DNA of 64,000 bases from Flavobacteriales bacterium (GCA_047601855.1 JASGIM010000002.1:846389-910388); one strand, 5' to 3'; shown: positions 1 through 10,011, counted from the stretch's first letter. Translations and numbers: made by a program. Notes: generated from the letters alone by a model not told the origin.

Positions 1-580
1 GCCGGAGCTTTGCCCGTGTCCGCTGTCCGATGAGGCCGCCGCTCATGCGCAGGGCGAAGAGGGCCGGCCAGGTGCCGAGGGCGAAGCTGACCATGAACAA
101 GGCCCCTTGCGCCGGTCCTCCCAGGGTGACCGCGCCCAGGAGGGCCGCATAGACCAGCCCGCAGGGCAGCAGCCCGTTCAATGCGCCGGTGAGGAAGAGG
201 GCCTCGGGCGCTGTCCGTTTCAGGTTGTGGGCCAGTGTGCCGCGCAAGGCGCCCAGCGCCACGGTGAGGCGGCCTGATGGGTTCCAGCGCTTCAGTACCG
301 CCGGTGCGGCTACGGAGGCCAGGAGCAGGACGCCGGCCACGATGGAGACCCCTTCGCGCAGGCCCGCCAGCCGGAGGCCCTGTCCGAAGGTGCCGATGGC
401 CGCTCCCAACAGGCCGTACGTGGTGAGGCGGCCGGTGTTCAGGATCACGGTGCTGATGGCACGGCTCCGCCAACCCGGTGCGGGGGACGGCACGGCCAGG
501 GCGATCGGTCCGCACATGCCTATGCAGTGCGCGCTGCCGGCGATGCCGAGCACGAAGGCCGCTGGCAGCATCACGTTCAT
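1..580 (-). CDS. TauE/SafE (DsbD_2-like) family membrane protein, C-terminal part cut by window edge
   Basis: Own translation from ATG at 580..578: MNVMLPAAFVLGIAGSAHCIGMCGPIALAVPSP... with HCxxMCGP motif. Start overlaps the fixH stop (ATGA). Open to position 1, so absent from the ORF track. Usual gene after ccoG-ccoH in Bacteroidota. Confidence 0.6.
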   Translation of the reverse strand, partial: MNVMLPAAFVLGIAGSAHCIGMCGPIALAVPSPAPGWRSRAISTVILNTGRLTTYGLLGAAIGTFGQGLRLAGLREGVSIVAGVLLLASVAAPAVLKRWNPSGRLTVALGALRGTLAHNLKRTAPEALFLTGALNGLLPCGLVYAALLGAVTLGGPAQGALFMVSFALGTWPALFALRMSGGLIGQRTRAKLR

Positions 581-1014
581 GGCGCGATCAGCTTCTCTTC
601 CGTGTAGTAGGTGTCCTTGCCCACCCGCCATTCCAACGAAGCGTTGTACCGCCCGCTCAACAGGTCCATGTCGCCGGAGCTGAAGGTGCCGGAGGGATCG
701 GCCGTGATGGGAAGCACGCGATCGCGGTCCGGATCGTTCGGCCGCAGGAGGGTCAGCTTCCCAGTGATCGCCTGGCCCTTGAGCTCGGGTGGGAACGTCA
801 GGCGCAGGCCGCCATCGGCCATGGTGATGATCACCGGTGAGGAGAGAGCGTTCGCCCGCTGCATGTCGTCGATGCGGCCCTGGTAGGCCAGTTCCTGGTC
901 ATAGTAGTGCTCGGTCACCAACGGTTCCGGGCTCTGCGATGCCTTCACGACGAACCAGGCCATCAGCGCCGCGAAGGCGATCAGGGCCAGCGCCAGTCCA
1001 CGTCCCCAGTTCAT
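577..1014 (-). CDS. ccoH: FixH/CcoH family cbb3 oxidase biogenesis protein
   Basis: Last 145 aa of ORF 577..1617 from the internal ATG (MNWGRGLALALIAFAALMAWF..., one N-terminal TM helix). ATGA overlap with the ccoG stop. Position downstream of ccoG. Confidence 0.7.
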   Translation of the reverse strand: MNWGRGLALALIAFAALMAWFVVKASQSPEPLVTEHYYDQELAYQGRIDDMQRANALSSPVIITMADGGLRLTFPPELKGQAITGKLTLLRPNDPDRDRVLPITADPSGTFSSGDMDLLSGRYNASLEWRVGKDTYYTEEKLIAP

Positions 1015-2468
1015 GTGTGCTTGGTATTGATGGGTCCCAGGAAGGAAGTGCTCACTTTCTCCAGCAGGCGATCGCCGCTGTATACGCCGATGACCACCTT
1101 GGTCTTCAGCCCGTCCAATTGGTCCTGCGGCAGGATGAGGAAAAGCTCGCCTTGCCCGAGCGTGCCTGCGGGCAGCACCAGCGGACGGCCCACGAGCTGG
1201 ATCTCGCCGGTCACGTTCAGGAGCTCGAAGTGCAGCGCGAGGTCGTGGCGCGTCTTGTTCACCGTTTTGATCATGTAGAGGTTGCTGATGCGGCCGTCCG
1301 GACGGGTCTGGAACAGCATGCCGGGTGTCCGGAGCACGGTGGTGTCCGTGTCGGAGCGGAGCACGATGAGCGTTGAGAGCACCCCCACGAGCACGAGCAG
1401 CACGAGGGTGTAGGCCTTCATCCGGAGGTCGAAGCGGAAGGGCTGCTTGTCGGCGATCTCCGCCTCGCTCGCATAGCGTATGAGGCCCGGCGGCAGGCCC
1501 ACGCTGTGCATCATGTGGTCGCAGGCATCGATGCAGGCGGTGCAGTTCACGCACTCGAGCTGCGTGCCGTTGCGGATGTCGATGCCCGTGGGGCATACAT
1601 GCACGCAGGCCTTGCAATCGATGCAGTCGCCCTTTCCCGCCGAGCGCCGCTCTTCGCCCTTGCGGAACAGGCCCCGCGCTTCGCCCCGCACGTGGTCGTA
1701 GGCGATCACGATGCTCTTGCGGTCCAGCAGCACGCTTTGCAGGCGGCCGTATGGGCAGACGGTGGTGCAGGCCTGCTCGCGGAAGAAGGCGAAGTTCCCG
1801 TAGAACACGCCGCTGAACACGATCATGGCGATGAGACCGCCGGTGTGCTCGGCGGCGGGTTCGCGCAGGATGCGCAGCAGCTCGTCGCTGCCGATGATGT
1901 AGGCGAGGAAGGTGTTGCCGATGAGGAAGCTGATGCCGAAGAAGAGCGCGTGCTTCGCGGTCTTCTTCCAGGCCTTGTCCATGGTGAAGGGGCCTTTGTT
2001 CAGGGCCTGCTGCTGTTTCCAGTCCCCTTCAATGGCGTACTCGATCCGGCGGAACACGTGCTCCATGAACACCGTTTGCGGGCAGACCCAGCCGCAGAAG
2101 AGCCGCCCGAAGGCCACGGTGAAGAGGGCGATGAAGATGATGAAGGTGATGAAGCCCAGAACGAAGATCAGGAAGTCCTGCGGCCAGAAGACCTGGCCGA
2201 AGAACACGAAGCGCCGCTCGAGGAGATCGATCAGCAGCACCGGCTCGCCGCCGATGCGCAGGAACGGACCGGTGAACAGCAGCACGAGCAGGGCGTAGCC
2301 GACCCATTGGCGCCAGCGCGTGAACTTGCCGCTGGGCTTCTTGGGGTAGATCCAGATGCGCTTGCCCTGCTTGTCAACGGTGCTGATCGAATCACGGTAG
2401 CTCTCGTTCCTTCCCCCCGTAGAGCGGGCGGCAGCGTCGCGTGCGATGTGAGCGGGCTGCGGAGGCAT
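1011..2468 (-). CDS. ccoG: Cytochrome c oxidase accessory protein CcoG (polyferredoxin membrane protein)
   Basis: Start taken at MPPQPAHI, 2 nt after the ccoP stop; the longer ORF-track version overlaps ccoP. Two ferredoxin Cys clusters: CIDCKACVHVCP and CVNCTACIDAC. Several TM helices. Confidence 0.85.
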   Translation of the reverse strand: MPPQPAHIARDAAARSTGGRNESYRDSISTVDKQGKRIWIYPKKPSGKFTRWRQWVGYALLVLLFTGPFLRIGGEPVLLIDLLERRFVFFGQVFWPQDFLIFVLGFITFIIFIALFTVAFGRLFCGWVCPQTVFMEHVFRRIEYAIEGDWKQQQALNKGPFTMDKAWKKTAKHALFFGISFLIGNTFLAYIIGSDELLRILREPAAEHTGGLIAMIVFSGVFYGNFAFFREQACTTVCPYGRLQSVLLDRKSIVIAYDHVRGEARGLFRKGEERRSAGKGDCIDCKACVHVCPTGIDIRNGTQLECVNCTACIDACDHMMHSVGLPPGLIRYASEAEIADKQPFRFDLRMKAYTLVLLVLVGVLSTLIVLRSDTDTTVLRTPGMLFQTRPDGRISNLYMIKTVNKTRHDLALHFELLNVTGEIQLVGRPLVLPAGTLGQGELFLILPQDQLDGLKTKVVIGVYSGDRLLEKVSTSFLGPINTKHT

Positions 2469-2470
2469 CG

Positions 2471-3646
2471 TTACTTCGCCGGTATCGTATCGGCGCCAAG
2501 CTTGCCGGGCCCGGCGGTGCTGTCCGCGGCAGCGGTCCCTTCCTGCCAAAGATCGCCTTGCGGGGCCTTCTGGGTCGGGCCGCCCGTTCCCTGCAGGTTG
2601 AGCACGTAGCTGGTGAGGGCCGCGATCTCCGTGGGCTTCAGCTGGCTCTTCCAGCTGATCATGCCTTTCTCCGGCACGCCGTAGGTGATGGTGTGGAACA
2701 CGTTCTTCACGCCGCCGCCATGCAGCCAGTACGCATCCGTGAGGTTGGGGCCGACGGAGGTCTCGGAGCCGGCCGCGTCCGCGCCGTGGCAGGGCGTGCA
2801 GTTCTGTTTGAAGATCAGGCCCCCGGCGGCGAGCACGGCGGGATCGGTGCTTTGCTCCACGTTGTTCTCGTCCACGGTATGCTGCGTGGCCTTGTAGGCG
2901 GCCACATCGTTCCGGGCCTGCTCCATGCTCATGGCGTACTCCGTGCGTTGGTCCGGCACCACCTTGATCACATGCACGCTCACCAGGTAGATGATGCTCC
3001 AGATGATGGTGCCATAGAACATCCACACCCACCATGGCGGCAGCACGTTGTCCAGTTCCCGGATGCCGTCGTATTCGTGGTGGAGAACGATGTCCTGTTC
3101 CTTGTCCATCGCCACCTGCCGGGTAAGGCGGCGGGACAGGCGTTCCATCCAGGTGGGGCCCGCTGGCGCGGGTGCCGGTAGCGGCTGTTCCTCCTGTCCG
3201 GTCACGGCCTTCGTGATGCCACGGATCAGGCCGATCTGCACCAGGAGGATGATGAAGAGAAGCAGGTTGGTGCCGAGGAGCCACCAGAACAGGCGGTAGG
3301 TGCTCATGGTGTCCGCGTGGCCGACGTATGCCTGCGCGTGGGCGTCATGCGCGGCTAGGAACAGCAGGGGCGGCAGCAGCAGGGCCCGTCCGCCTTTGGG
3401 GCCGATCCCGCGCGCCCATGCGCCGGCGCCACCGAGCGTGCGCATGATGCTGGCCAGGGAGACGATGAAGATCACTTGCACCACCGCCAGCACGATAAGG
3501 GCATAGAGCAGGCTGTTGTCCACGTGGAAGAGCGGCGTGCCGGGGTCCTTCACCACAGGCGCATCCTGTGCCGATAGCCCGAGGGCGGCCGTGGTGGAGA
3601 GCAGGAGCGCGGTGGCGCGGATCAGGGCTGGGCGATCAAAGCGCAT
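2471..3646 (-). CDS. ccoP: cbb3-type cytochrome c oxidase subunit CcoP-like (membrane-anchored c-type cytochrome)
   Basis: ATG start. Signal/TM N-terminus, central TM segments, one CxxCH (FKQNCTPCHGADAAG). Sits after ccoNO and the ccoQ-like gene. Confidence 0.8.
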   Translation of the reverse strand: MRFDRPALIRATALLLSTTAALGLSAQDAPVVKDPGTPLFHVDNSLLYALIVLAVVQVIFIVSLASIMRTLGGAGAWARGIGPKGGRALLLPPLLFLAAHDAHAQAYVGHADTMSTYRLFWWLLGTNLLLFIILLVQIGLIRGITKAVTGQEEQPLPAPAPAGPTWMERLSRRLTRQVAMDKEQDIVLHHEYDGIRELDNVLPPWWVWMFYGTIIWSIIYLVSVHVIKVVPDQRTEYAMSMEQARNDVAAYKATQHTVDENNVEQSTDPAVLAAGGLIFKQNCTPCHGADAAGSETSVGPNLTDAYWLHGGGVKNVFHTITYGVPEKGMISWKSQLKPTEIAALTSYVLNLQGTGGPTQKAPQGDLWQEGTAAADSTAGPGKLGADTIPAK

Positions 3647-3839
3647 GGTCGCTGGTTTCGGTGGTGGAAGTGTGTTCGGCGAGCGGCAGGCCGGCCATAT
3701 GATCGATGTGCGCCCGGCCCACTTTGCGGATCCAGAGCAGCATCAGCAGGAAGAACCCGAAGAACAGCACGAAGGAGATGGCCGGGTAGATCCCGATGCC
3801 CGCGATCGTATCCAAGTGGTGCTTGATGAACTTCATCAT
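3636..3839 (-). CDS. CcoQ/FixQ-like small membrane protein
   Basis: 67-aa ORF with one TM helix (GIYPAISFVLFFGFFLLMLLWI) wedged between ccoNO and ccoP, overlapping the ccoP start by 11 nt. Confidence 0.55.
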   Translation of the reverse strand: MMKFIKHHLDTIAGIGIYPAISFVLFFGFFLLMLLWIRKVGRAHIDHMAGLPLAEHTSTTETSDHAL

Positions 3840-3845
3840 GGCCGT

Positions 3846-5984
3846 TCACTTCGAGGTGCCGTTCGTGCCTTCGATGTCCTTGCCCAACCGCTGGAGGTAG
3901 GCGATCACGGCGATGATCTCGCGGTCGCTCAGGGTCTCGATCTTCGCTTCACGCGCCAATCGGGCGCTGATGCTGTCGGCCTGTTCCATCAGGGCGCGAT
4001 TGGCCACGGCCGGGAAACCCGGATCGTAAGGCACGCCGAGGGTGATCATGGCCTCGATCTTCTTCCGCGTGGTGGTGGTGTCCAGGGCGTTCTCGATCAG
4101 GTGCGGGTATGCGGGCATCAGGGACCCGAAACTGGTGCTCCGGGGATCCAGCAGGTGCAGGTAATGCCAGCTGTCGGGCCGGTGCTGCGGCGACTTGGAG
4201 TTGCCCTCGCGCGCCAGATCGGGCCCGGTGCGCTTGCTTCCCCATTGGAACGGGTGGTCGTACACGAACTCCCCGGCCTTGGAATACTCGCCGTAGCGTT
4301 CGGTCTCGCTGCGGAACGGACGCACCATCTGGCTGTGGCAGGTGTAGCAGCCTTCCCGCACGTAGATGTCGCGCCCTTGCAGTTCCAGCGGCGTATAAGG
4401 ATGCACGCTGGAGATGGTGGGGATGTTGGTCTTCACGAGGAACGTGGGCACGATCTCCAGCACGCCGCCGATCCCCACCACGACCAGGCTCGCGAGGAGC
4501 ATCTGTATCGGCCGGCGCTCGATCCACCGGTGCCAGTGGCCGCTTTCCGTGGCGGCCGCCATCTTTTCCAAGGCGGGCGCTTCGGCATCTTCGTTCGCGA
4601 TCAACCGCCCCGCCTTCACCGTGCGCCAGACGTTGTATATCATGAGGATCACGCCGATGAGGTAGATGCTGCCGCCGAGCGCGCGCAGCCAGTAGGCATA
4701 CTTGATCGCCAGCAGCGTGTCCAGGAAGTTCTTGTAGACGAGGAAGCCGTCCGGGGTGAACTGCTTCCACATGCCGCTCTGCCAGAAGCCAGCGAAATAC
4801 AGGGGGATCGCGTAGAACACGATGCCCAAGGTGCCCAGCCAGAAGTGCGCGTTGGCGAGCTTGCGGGAGAACAGTTGCGTTCCGAACAGGCGCGGAACAA
4901 GCCAGTACACCATGCCGAACGTCATGAAGCCGTTCCAGCCGATGCCGCCGATGTGCACGTGCGCGATGATCCAATCCGTGAAGTGCGCGATGGCGTTGAT
5001 GGACTTGAGGCTGAGCAGCGGGCCCTCCAGCGTGGCCATGCCGTAGCACGTCACCGCCACCACGAAGAACTTCAGCACGGGATCCTCCCGCACGCGGTCC
5101 CATGCGCCGCGCAACGTGAGGAGGCCGTTGAGCATGCCGCCCCAGCTCGGCGCGATAAGCATGATGCTGAACACCGTGCCCAGCGACTGCGCCCAGTCCG
5201 GCAGTGCGCTGTAGAGCAGGTGGTGCGGCCCGGCCCAGATGTAGAGGAAGATCAGCGCCCAGAAGTGGATGATGGAGAGCTTGTAGCTGTATACCGGCCG
5301 GTTCGCCGCCTTCGGCAGGAAGTAGTACATGAGCCCCAGGTAGGGCGTGGTGAGGAAGAAGGCCACCGCGTTGTGCCCGTACCACCATTGCACCAGCGCG
5401 TCCTGCACGCCCGCATACCAGCTGTAGCTCTTGGTGAGCGAGATGGGCAGCTCGATGCTGTTCACGATGTGCAGCATGGCCACCGTGACCCACGTGGCGA
5501 TGTAGAACCAGATGGCGACGTAGAGGTGCCGTTCCCGCCGTTTCAGGATGGTGCCGAACATGTTGATGCCGAACACCACCCACACCAGCGTGATCGCGAT
5601 GTCGATGGGCCACTCCAGTTCCGCGTATTCCTTGCCGGTGGTCATGCCCAGCGGGAGCGTGATCGCGGCTGCCAGGATGATGAGCTGCCAGCCCCAGAAG
5701 TGGATGTTGCTCAGCAGGTCGCTGAACATCCGGGCCTTCAGCAACCGCTGCAGGCTGTAGTAGACGGCGGCGAAGATGCCGTTGCCCACGAAGGCGAAGA
5801 TCACGGCGTTGGTGTGCAGAGGGCGCAGGCGTCCGAAAGCGAACCAGGAGGCCAGGTTCAGGTCGGGGATCACCAATTGCAAGGCGATCAGGAGGCCGAC
5901 CAGCATCCCCACCGTTCCCCATAGGATGGTGACGAAGAGGAAGTTCTTGACGATACGGTTATCGTACTGGAAGCGCTCGATCAT
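3846..5984 (-). CDS. ccoNO: Fused cbb3-type cytochrome c oxidase subunits I and II (CcoN-CcoO)
   Basis: 712 aa. HCO signatures RPLHTNAVIFAF, WWYGHNAV, GPHHLLY and AHVHIGG. C-terminal monoheme CcoO part with CYTCHSQMVRP. Confidence 0.9.
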   Translation of the reverse strand: MIERFQYDNRIVKNFLFVTILWGTVGMLVGLLIALQLVIPDLNLASWFAFGRLRPLHTNAVIFAFVGNGIFAAVYYSLQRLLKARMFSDLLSNIHFWGWQLIILAAAITLPLGMTTGKEYAELEWPIDIAITLVWVVFGINMFGTILKRRERHLYVAIWFYIATWVTVAMLHIVNSIELPISLTKSYSWYAGVQDALVQWWYGHNAVAFFLTTPYLGLMYYFLPKAANRPVYSYKLSIIHFWALIFLYIWAGPHHLLYSALPDWAQSLGTVFSIMLIAPSWGGMLNGLLTLRGAWDRVREDPVLKFFVVAVTCYGMATLEGPLLSLKSINAIAHFTDWIIAHVHIGGIGWNGFMTFGMVYWLVPRLFGTQLFSRKLANAHFWLGTLGIVFYAIPLYFAGFWQSGMWKQFTPDGFLVYKNFLDTLLAIKYAYWLRALGGSIYLIGVILMIYNVWRTVKAGRLIANEDAEAPALEKMAAATESGHWHRWIERRPIQMLLASLVVVGIGGVLEIVPTFLVKTNIPTISSVHPYTPLELQGRDIYVREGCYTCHSQMVRPFRSETERYGEYSKAGEFVYDHPFQWGSKRTGPDLAREGNSKSPQHRPDSWHYLHLLDPRSTSFGSLMPAYPHLIENALDTTTTRKKIEAMITLGVPYDPGFPAVANRALMEQADSISARLAREAKIETLSDREIIAVIAYLQRLGKDIEGTNGTSK

Positions 5985-6147
5985 CGGTCACTTTGGTTTG
6001 CTCGGGAGGTGCGGGATCGTTGAGGATGCGGACGGCTGGTGAGCGGTCATCATCGTACTGCCCCTTGCGCACGGCCCAGATGAAGCCGACGAGGAACACC
6101 CCGGCCACCAGGGTGCTTGCTGTGAGCAGAAGGAAGATGACGCTCAT
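5959..6147 (-). CDS. ccoS: cbb3 oxidase maturation protein CcoS
   Basis: 62 aa with a single TM helix, then the WAVRKGQYDD motif typical of CcoS/FixS. Immediately upstream of and overlapping ccoNO. Confidence 0.65.
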   Translation of the reverse strand: MSVIFLLLTASTLVAGVFLVGFIWAVRKGQYDDDRSPAVRILNDPAPPEQTKVTDDRALPVR

Positions 6148-6197
6148 GTGACAACTCTTCGCGATGCGAAAGTGCCGGGGCGCGAACGGGTGGAAGG

Positions 6198-6209
6198 TGA
6201 CGGATGTCA
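6198..6209. promoter_or_regulatory. TGAC-N4-GTCA palindrome (GTGACGGATGTCAG), 51 nt upstream of the ccoS start
   Basis: Read directly. Coordinates anchored on the TTG start of ORF 6227. Confidence 0.6.
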
Positions 6210-6220
6210 GACGGATAAGA

Positions 6221-6232
6221 TGACTTTTGTCA
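6221..6232. promoter_or_regulatory. TGAC-N4-GTCA palindrome (ATGACTTTTGTCAG), 74 nt upstream of ccoS and 23 bp centre-to-centre from the first site
   Basis: Read directly and anchored on ORF 6227. Confidence 0.6.
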
Positions 6233-6371
6233 GGAAAGCCGTGTGCGCTTCTCCGACCTAGGCCGACCCATGTCCGCAGGTGGCCTTCGCCTTATCGGGT
6301 CTCAGCTCTCTTGTGCCGACCTCTCGTGTTGTGGGCATGCTCCGCCATGGCACGTGGCCTTATGCGAAGGG

Positions 6372-7348
6372 TCATGGAAAGGTGGACATCCTTTGGATGC
6401 GCTCTACGGTCCGTTCACCTTCCAGCATGGATCCCCGGCTTCTGCGCTGGCGGTCCCGGCGGCCCTTCACCAGATAGAAGGTGGTGAAGAACACCAACAG
6501 TCCGAGCAGCAGGCTGTTCTCCAGCCAGTGTTCGGTGGGATGGACCCAGACCTCGTGGAACAGGTTCCAGCGGCCCATGATCTCCACGAAGTCCCAGAAG
6601 ATCACCACCGTGGGGATGGCGTAGCGTACAGCATGATCGAAGGATCGGATGCGCAGCAGCTTGGAGAACAGGTGAACGCTCCAGGCCAGGATCCGAAAGC
6701 CACGATCCATGTGGTGGGGTGGCGGTCACCGGCGATCTGTTCGTCGTATACGATCAGCAGAACCAGGTAGAAGGTCCACATGAGTATGACCATTTCCATG
6801 AAGGCGATCATGGCCAAGGGACGCTGTGGGGCGGAGGAGATGGTCTTCCTGAGGAGACCGATGCGTTTCTGGATCCACCTGAAGAAGGGGCAGCGGGTGG
6901 GTGCGAAGATGTAGAGCATGAGCATGGTGCCCAGCAGGCCTAGTGAGCTGAGCATCACCAGGTATTCCGGTCTGGTCACTACTTCGCCGTTCTCCACCAG
7001 GGGCTGCACGCCCAACCTGCCTGCCACCCACACGAAAGTGAATTCCACCCATCCGGTCCATGTCAGCACGCCGCCCAGTGCCCCGAGCAAGGTGGCATGC
7101 AGATCGCGCCCCGGCCTTGCTACGCCCCACCACAGTAGGCCGATGCCCAGAGCGCCAATGAAGGTGGCGCTGATGAACACCGCGGTACCGAAGACGTGCT
7201 CCAGGAGCGCCATCAACGCATGGCCCAAGGGCATGAGCAGCAGCACGATCACGAAGGCCAACATGCCCGTGCCCCACCGCCGCCGGCCTCCCTGCATTAT
7301 GGCTTCCATGGCAGGCACAAGAATGACGAAGTCCATCACGAGGCGCAA
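6372..7348 (-). pseudogene. Polytopic membrane protein of unknown family; reading frame broken near 6716-6725 (true frameshift or assembly indel)
   Basis: ORF 6602..7348 is membrane-like up to ...LLIVYDEQIAGDRHP, then turns to Cys/Pro-rich nonsense. ORF 6372..6710 in the -1 frame continues as membrane-like text (MDRGFRILAWSVHLFSKLL...). The two ORFs overlap by 109 nt. A C4 run at 6716-6719 lies just after the TGA that opens the second frame. Confidence 0.5.
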
Positions 7349-7460
7349 TCCCCCGATCCGGGTAATTGGAGCTTGCTGAACAAGTTCCCAGCATGATACA
7401 GGCGCGGAGCCAGCTGCTCCTTCGCGTCAGCGGATCTTGGCTCACCGCAGCCGCGGGTCT

Positions 7461-7955
7461 TTATCGTGCCGTAACTTCAGCGGAGGCGGCCGCATTATCG
7501 AACACCACCTCCCCGTTGTACCGCACCTCCCACGTCACGGGCAATGCCTTCTTCATCATCGCGCTCACGCCGCAGATCTCGTGTTGCGAGCGTTGTACGG
7601 CGGCCAGCGTCGCATCGCGGTGGGCAGTGTCGCCGTGCGCATCGTAGACCAAGTGTACGCTGGTGTATACGATCGGCTTGGTCTTGCTGATCTCGCCGGC
7701 CACGTCCACGCCGAAGCGGTCCAGTTCGATGCCATCCTTGCGCAGCAACGCGATCACGTCCATGCCCGTGCAACCGGCCAGCGCGGTGAGCATGAACGGC
7801 TTGGGGATCGGTCCTTCATCGTCGCCGCCCACGTGCGGTGGCGCATCCATCACCAGCGTATGGCCGTTCACCAACGCGTTGAACTTCATCCGGCCCATCC
7901 AGAGGGCCTCCACTTTGTGCTGCATGGCGATCGAATTCAGGTGCAAGGTCCCCAC
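7461..7955 (-). CDS. OsmC/Ohr family peroxiredoxin-like protein
   Basis: 164-aa ORF with OsmC-type core (PKPFMLTALAGCTGMDV ... HEICGVSAMM, two conserved Cys). The true start may be the internal Met at 7925. Confidence 0.75.
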   Translation of the reverse strand: MGTLHLNSIAMQHKVEALWMGRMKFNALVNGHTLVMDAPPHVGGDDEGPIPKPFMLTALAGCTGMDVIALLRKDGIELDRFGVDVAGEISKTKPIVYTSVHLVYDAHGDTAHRDATLAAVQRSQHEICGVSAMMKKALPVTWEVRYNGEVVFDNAAASAEVTAR

Positions 7956-7982
7956 AGCACGGCGATCGGGAGGTGATGAATA

Positions 7983-8438
7983 TCACAGTGGCGGCGTGCC
8001 ATGCCGCTCATGCGTGTACTCCGCCCAGCTCGTTGCTGTTTCCTGAAGACGTGCATGCGCAAGGCATATGTCCGGTGGCAGTTGTTGCCGGATGCACTCC
8101 ACCATGTCCTTCAGCAGGTTCTCGCAGGTGGGTTGCCATGGCACGAAGACGGTCCGCGCGAAGAGCGGGTGTTCCACGGGGATCGCGGCGCGCTCGTCCG
8201 CATGCAGCACAAGGGCATGGTCGTAATGGGCAAGCACGGCGTGTTGCACGATCGCCTTCAGCACACCGAAGTCCATCACCATCCCTTCATCGGCATCGCC
8301 CACCGTGCCCAGCGCACCGCTCATGGCGACCTCCAGCACGTACGAATGCCCGTGAATGTGCCTGCACGGACCCGCATAGCCGCGCAGCGCATGGGCCATC
8401 TCGAAGGTGAAGCGTTTGGTGATCCGTAGTGGTTCCAT
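7983..8438 (-). CDS. queD: 6-carboxytetrahydropterin synthase / 6-pyruvoyl-tetrahydropterin synthase family
   Basis: 151 aa. FTFEMAHAL and CRHIHGHSYVLEV zinc/catalytic motifs typical of QueD/PTPS. Confidence 0.8.
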   Translation of the reverse strand: MEPLRITKRFTFEMAHALRGYAGPCRHIHGHSYVLEVAMSGALGTVGDADEGMVMDFGVLKAIVQHAVLAHYDHALVLHADERAAIPVEHPLFARTVFVPWQPTCENLLKDMVECIRQQLPPDICLAHARLQETATSWAEYTHERHGTPPL

Positions 8439-8479
8439 GTTTCGGGATGCAGCTCCTGCACTTCCTCACGTTCTCACTC

Positions 8480-9856
8480 TCACCCCACCGGCTCGAACCA
8501 CGCCGTGAAATGCCGCAGGAACTTCGGCTCCTTCACGATGCGGTAGCCGCGTATTTCCTTCCGTGCGCGCATGATCTCCTCGAAGGTCTCGGCCACGTAC
8601 TCGATGTGGCTTTGCGTGTACACGCGTCGTGGGATCGCCAGCCGCACTAATTCCATGCGGGCCGGGCGCAAACTGCCATCGTCGGTGTAGGTGCCGAACA
8701 TCACCGAGCCGATCTCCACGCTGCGGATACCCGCCAGCCGGTACAGTTCGCACACCAGCGCCTGACCCGGATACTCCGCCGGGGGAATGTGCGGGTACAA
8801 CTGCTTCGCGTCCACGTACACCGCATGGCCGCCAATGGGGCGCATGAGCGGCACGCCGAGCGCATGCAGCTTCTCGCCGAGGAAGGTGGTGCTGCGGATG
8901 CGGTAGTCGAGGTAGTGCGGATCGAACACTTCGTCGAGGCCGGCAGCGATGGCCTCCATGTCGCGGCCGCTGAGCCCGCCGTAGGTGGAAAAGCCTTCGG
9001 TGATGATGAGCAAGTTGGTGCATGCCTCGGCCAGCGCGCTATCGCGCAGGGCAAGGAAGCCGCCCATGTTCACCAGCGCGTCCTTCTTCGCGCTCATCAC
9101 GGCACCATCGGCCAACGCGCACATGCGTTGTGCGATGGCACGGTACGAAAGCCCTTCCATGCCCGCCTCGCGGTGCTTGATGAACCAGCTGTTCTCCGCG
9201 ATGCGACAGCAGTCCAGCAGGAAGGGTACGCCGTGGCGCTTGCAGATGCTCGATACGCCTTCGGCATTGGCCATGCTCACGGGCTGCCCGCCGCCGCTGT
9301 TGTTGGTCACGGTAAGGATCACCGCACCGACATGCCCCTTGTGTTCTTTCAGCAGATGGTCCAACGCGGCCACGTCCATGTTGCCCTTGAAGGGATGCTG
9401 TAGTGCGGGATCCTGTCCTTCGGCGATGGGGATGTCGATGGCCGTGGCGCCCGTGAACTCGATGTTGGCGCGGGTGGTATCGAAGTGCGTGTTGCTGATG
9501 AACACCCTGCCCGGCCCACCGAGGTGGCCGTAGATGATGCGCTCCGCCGCGCGACCTTGGTGCGTGGGCAGCACGTGCTCCATGCCGGTGAGCTCCTGCA
9601 TGGCCTCTTCCATGCGCTCCCACGACCGCGATCCCGCGTAAGCCTCATCGCCCTCCATCATGCCCGCCCACTGGCGTGCGCTCATGGCGCTGGTGCCGCT
9701 GTCGGTCATCAGGTCGATGATCACATCGCGCGAGCGCAGCAGGAAGGGGTTGTAGTGCGCGGCCTTCAGTTGTTCCACGCGCTCGGCCTCGGTGCTGATG
9801 CCGGTCGGTTCCACGCTCTTGATGCGGAACGGTTCGATGATGGTGCGGTGCTTCAT
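8480..9856 (-). CDS. tnaA: Tryptophanase-like beta-eliminating lyase (PLP)
   Basis: 458 aa, collinear from memory with E. coli TnaA. Motifs: DLMTDSGTSAMS, PTHQGRAAE, SNTHFDTT (TnaA-type), NNSGGGQPVS, PLP-Lys motif MSAKKDALVNMGGF, ELYRLAGIRSVEIGS. Confidence 0.85.
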   Translation of the reverse strand: MKHRTIIEPFRIKSVEPTGISTEAERVEQLKAAHYNPFLLRSRDVIIDLMTDSGTSAMSARQWAGMMEGDEAYAGSRSWERMEEAMQELTGMEHVLPTHQGRAAERIIYGHLGGPGRVFISNTHFDTTRANIEFTGATAIDIPIAEGQDPALQHPFKGNMDVAALDHLLKEHKGHVGAVILTVTNNSGGGQPVSMANAEGVSSICKRHGVPFLLDCCRIAENSWFIKHREAGMEGLSYRAIAQRMCALADGAVMSAKKDALVNMGGFLALRDSALAEACTNLLIITEGFSTYGGLSGRDMEAIAAGLDEVFDPHYLDYRIRSTTFLGEKLHALGVPLMRPIGGHAVYVDAKQLYPHIPPAEYPGQALVCELYRLAGIRSVEIGSVMFGTYTDDGSLRPARMELVRLAIPRRVYTQSHIEYVAETFEEIMRARKEIRGYRIVKEPKFLRHFTAWFEPVG

Positions 9857-10011
9857 TCTTCTTTGGGATGAACGGTCGTCTGCGTATGTGTACCTGTTGC
9901 GTTGACCCAGTTCCTCCGCGATAGCTTCAGCGAAGGCAGAATGGGCCGACCTGATCGGATTGCCGGGCCTGTGCTATGGATCTATCATGACCCTGAATGA
10001 GTGGGGCGTAG

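Noticed and set aside
1011-3284. 757-aa version of ccoG and other N-terminally extended ORF-track models (577..1617, 22375..23124, 31579..33012, 13509..15098, 15129..17522).
   Set aside because: The extensions overlap the upstream gene in another frame and read as low-complexity text. Internal Met codons give proteins of family-typical length, often with ATGA-type coupling to the neighbour.
3516-5924. Long antisense or off-frame ORFs opposite conserved genes. Examples: 3516..5924 (+, 802 aa), 23771..26287 (+, 838 aa), 28683..31499 (+, 938 aa), 48289..50787 (-, 832 aa), 34268..36346 (+), 21163..22959 (+).
   Set aside because: Each lies opposite a gene with unmistakable family signatures (ccoNO, nosZ, nrdJ, the adhesin, ATPase/usp, nosD). 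Each has a skewed Arg/Ala/Gly/His/Pro composition and no recognisable motif.
9857-10011. TnaC-like leader peptide or attenuator upstream of the tryptophanase gene.
   Set aside because: The only small ORF in the spacer on the coding strand is MTTPHSFRVMIDP (13 aa). It has no Trp codon and no resemblance to TnaC. There is no obvious rut-like region or terminator.
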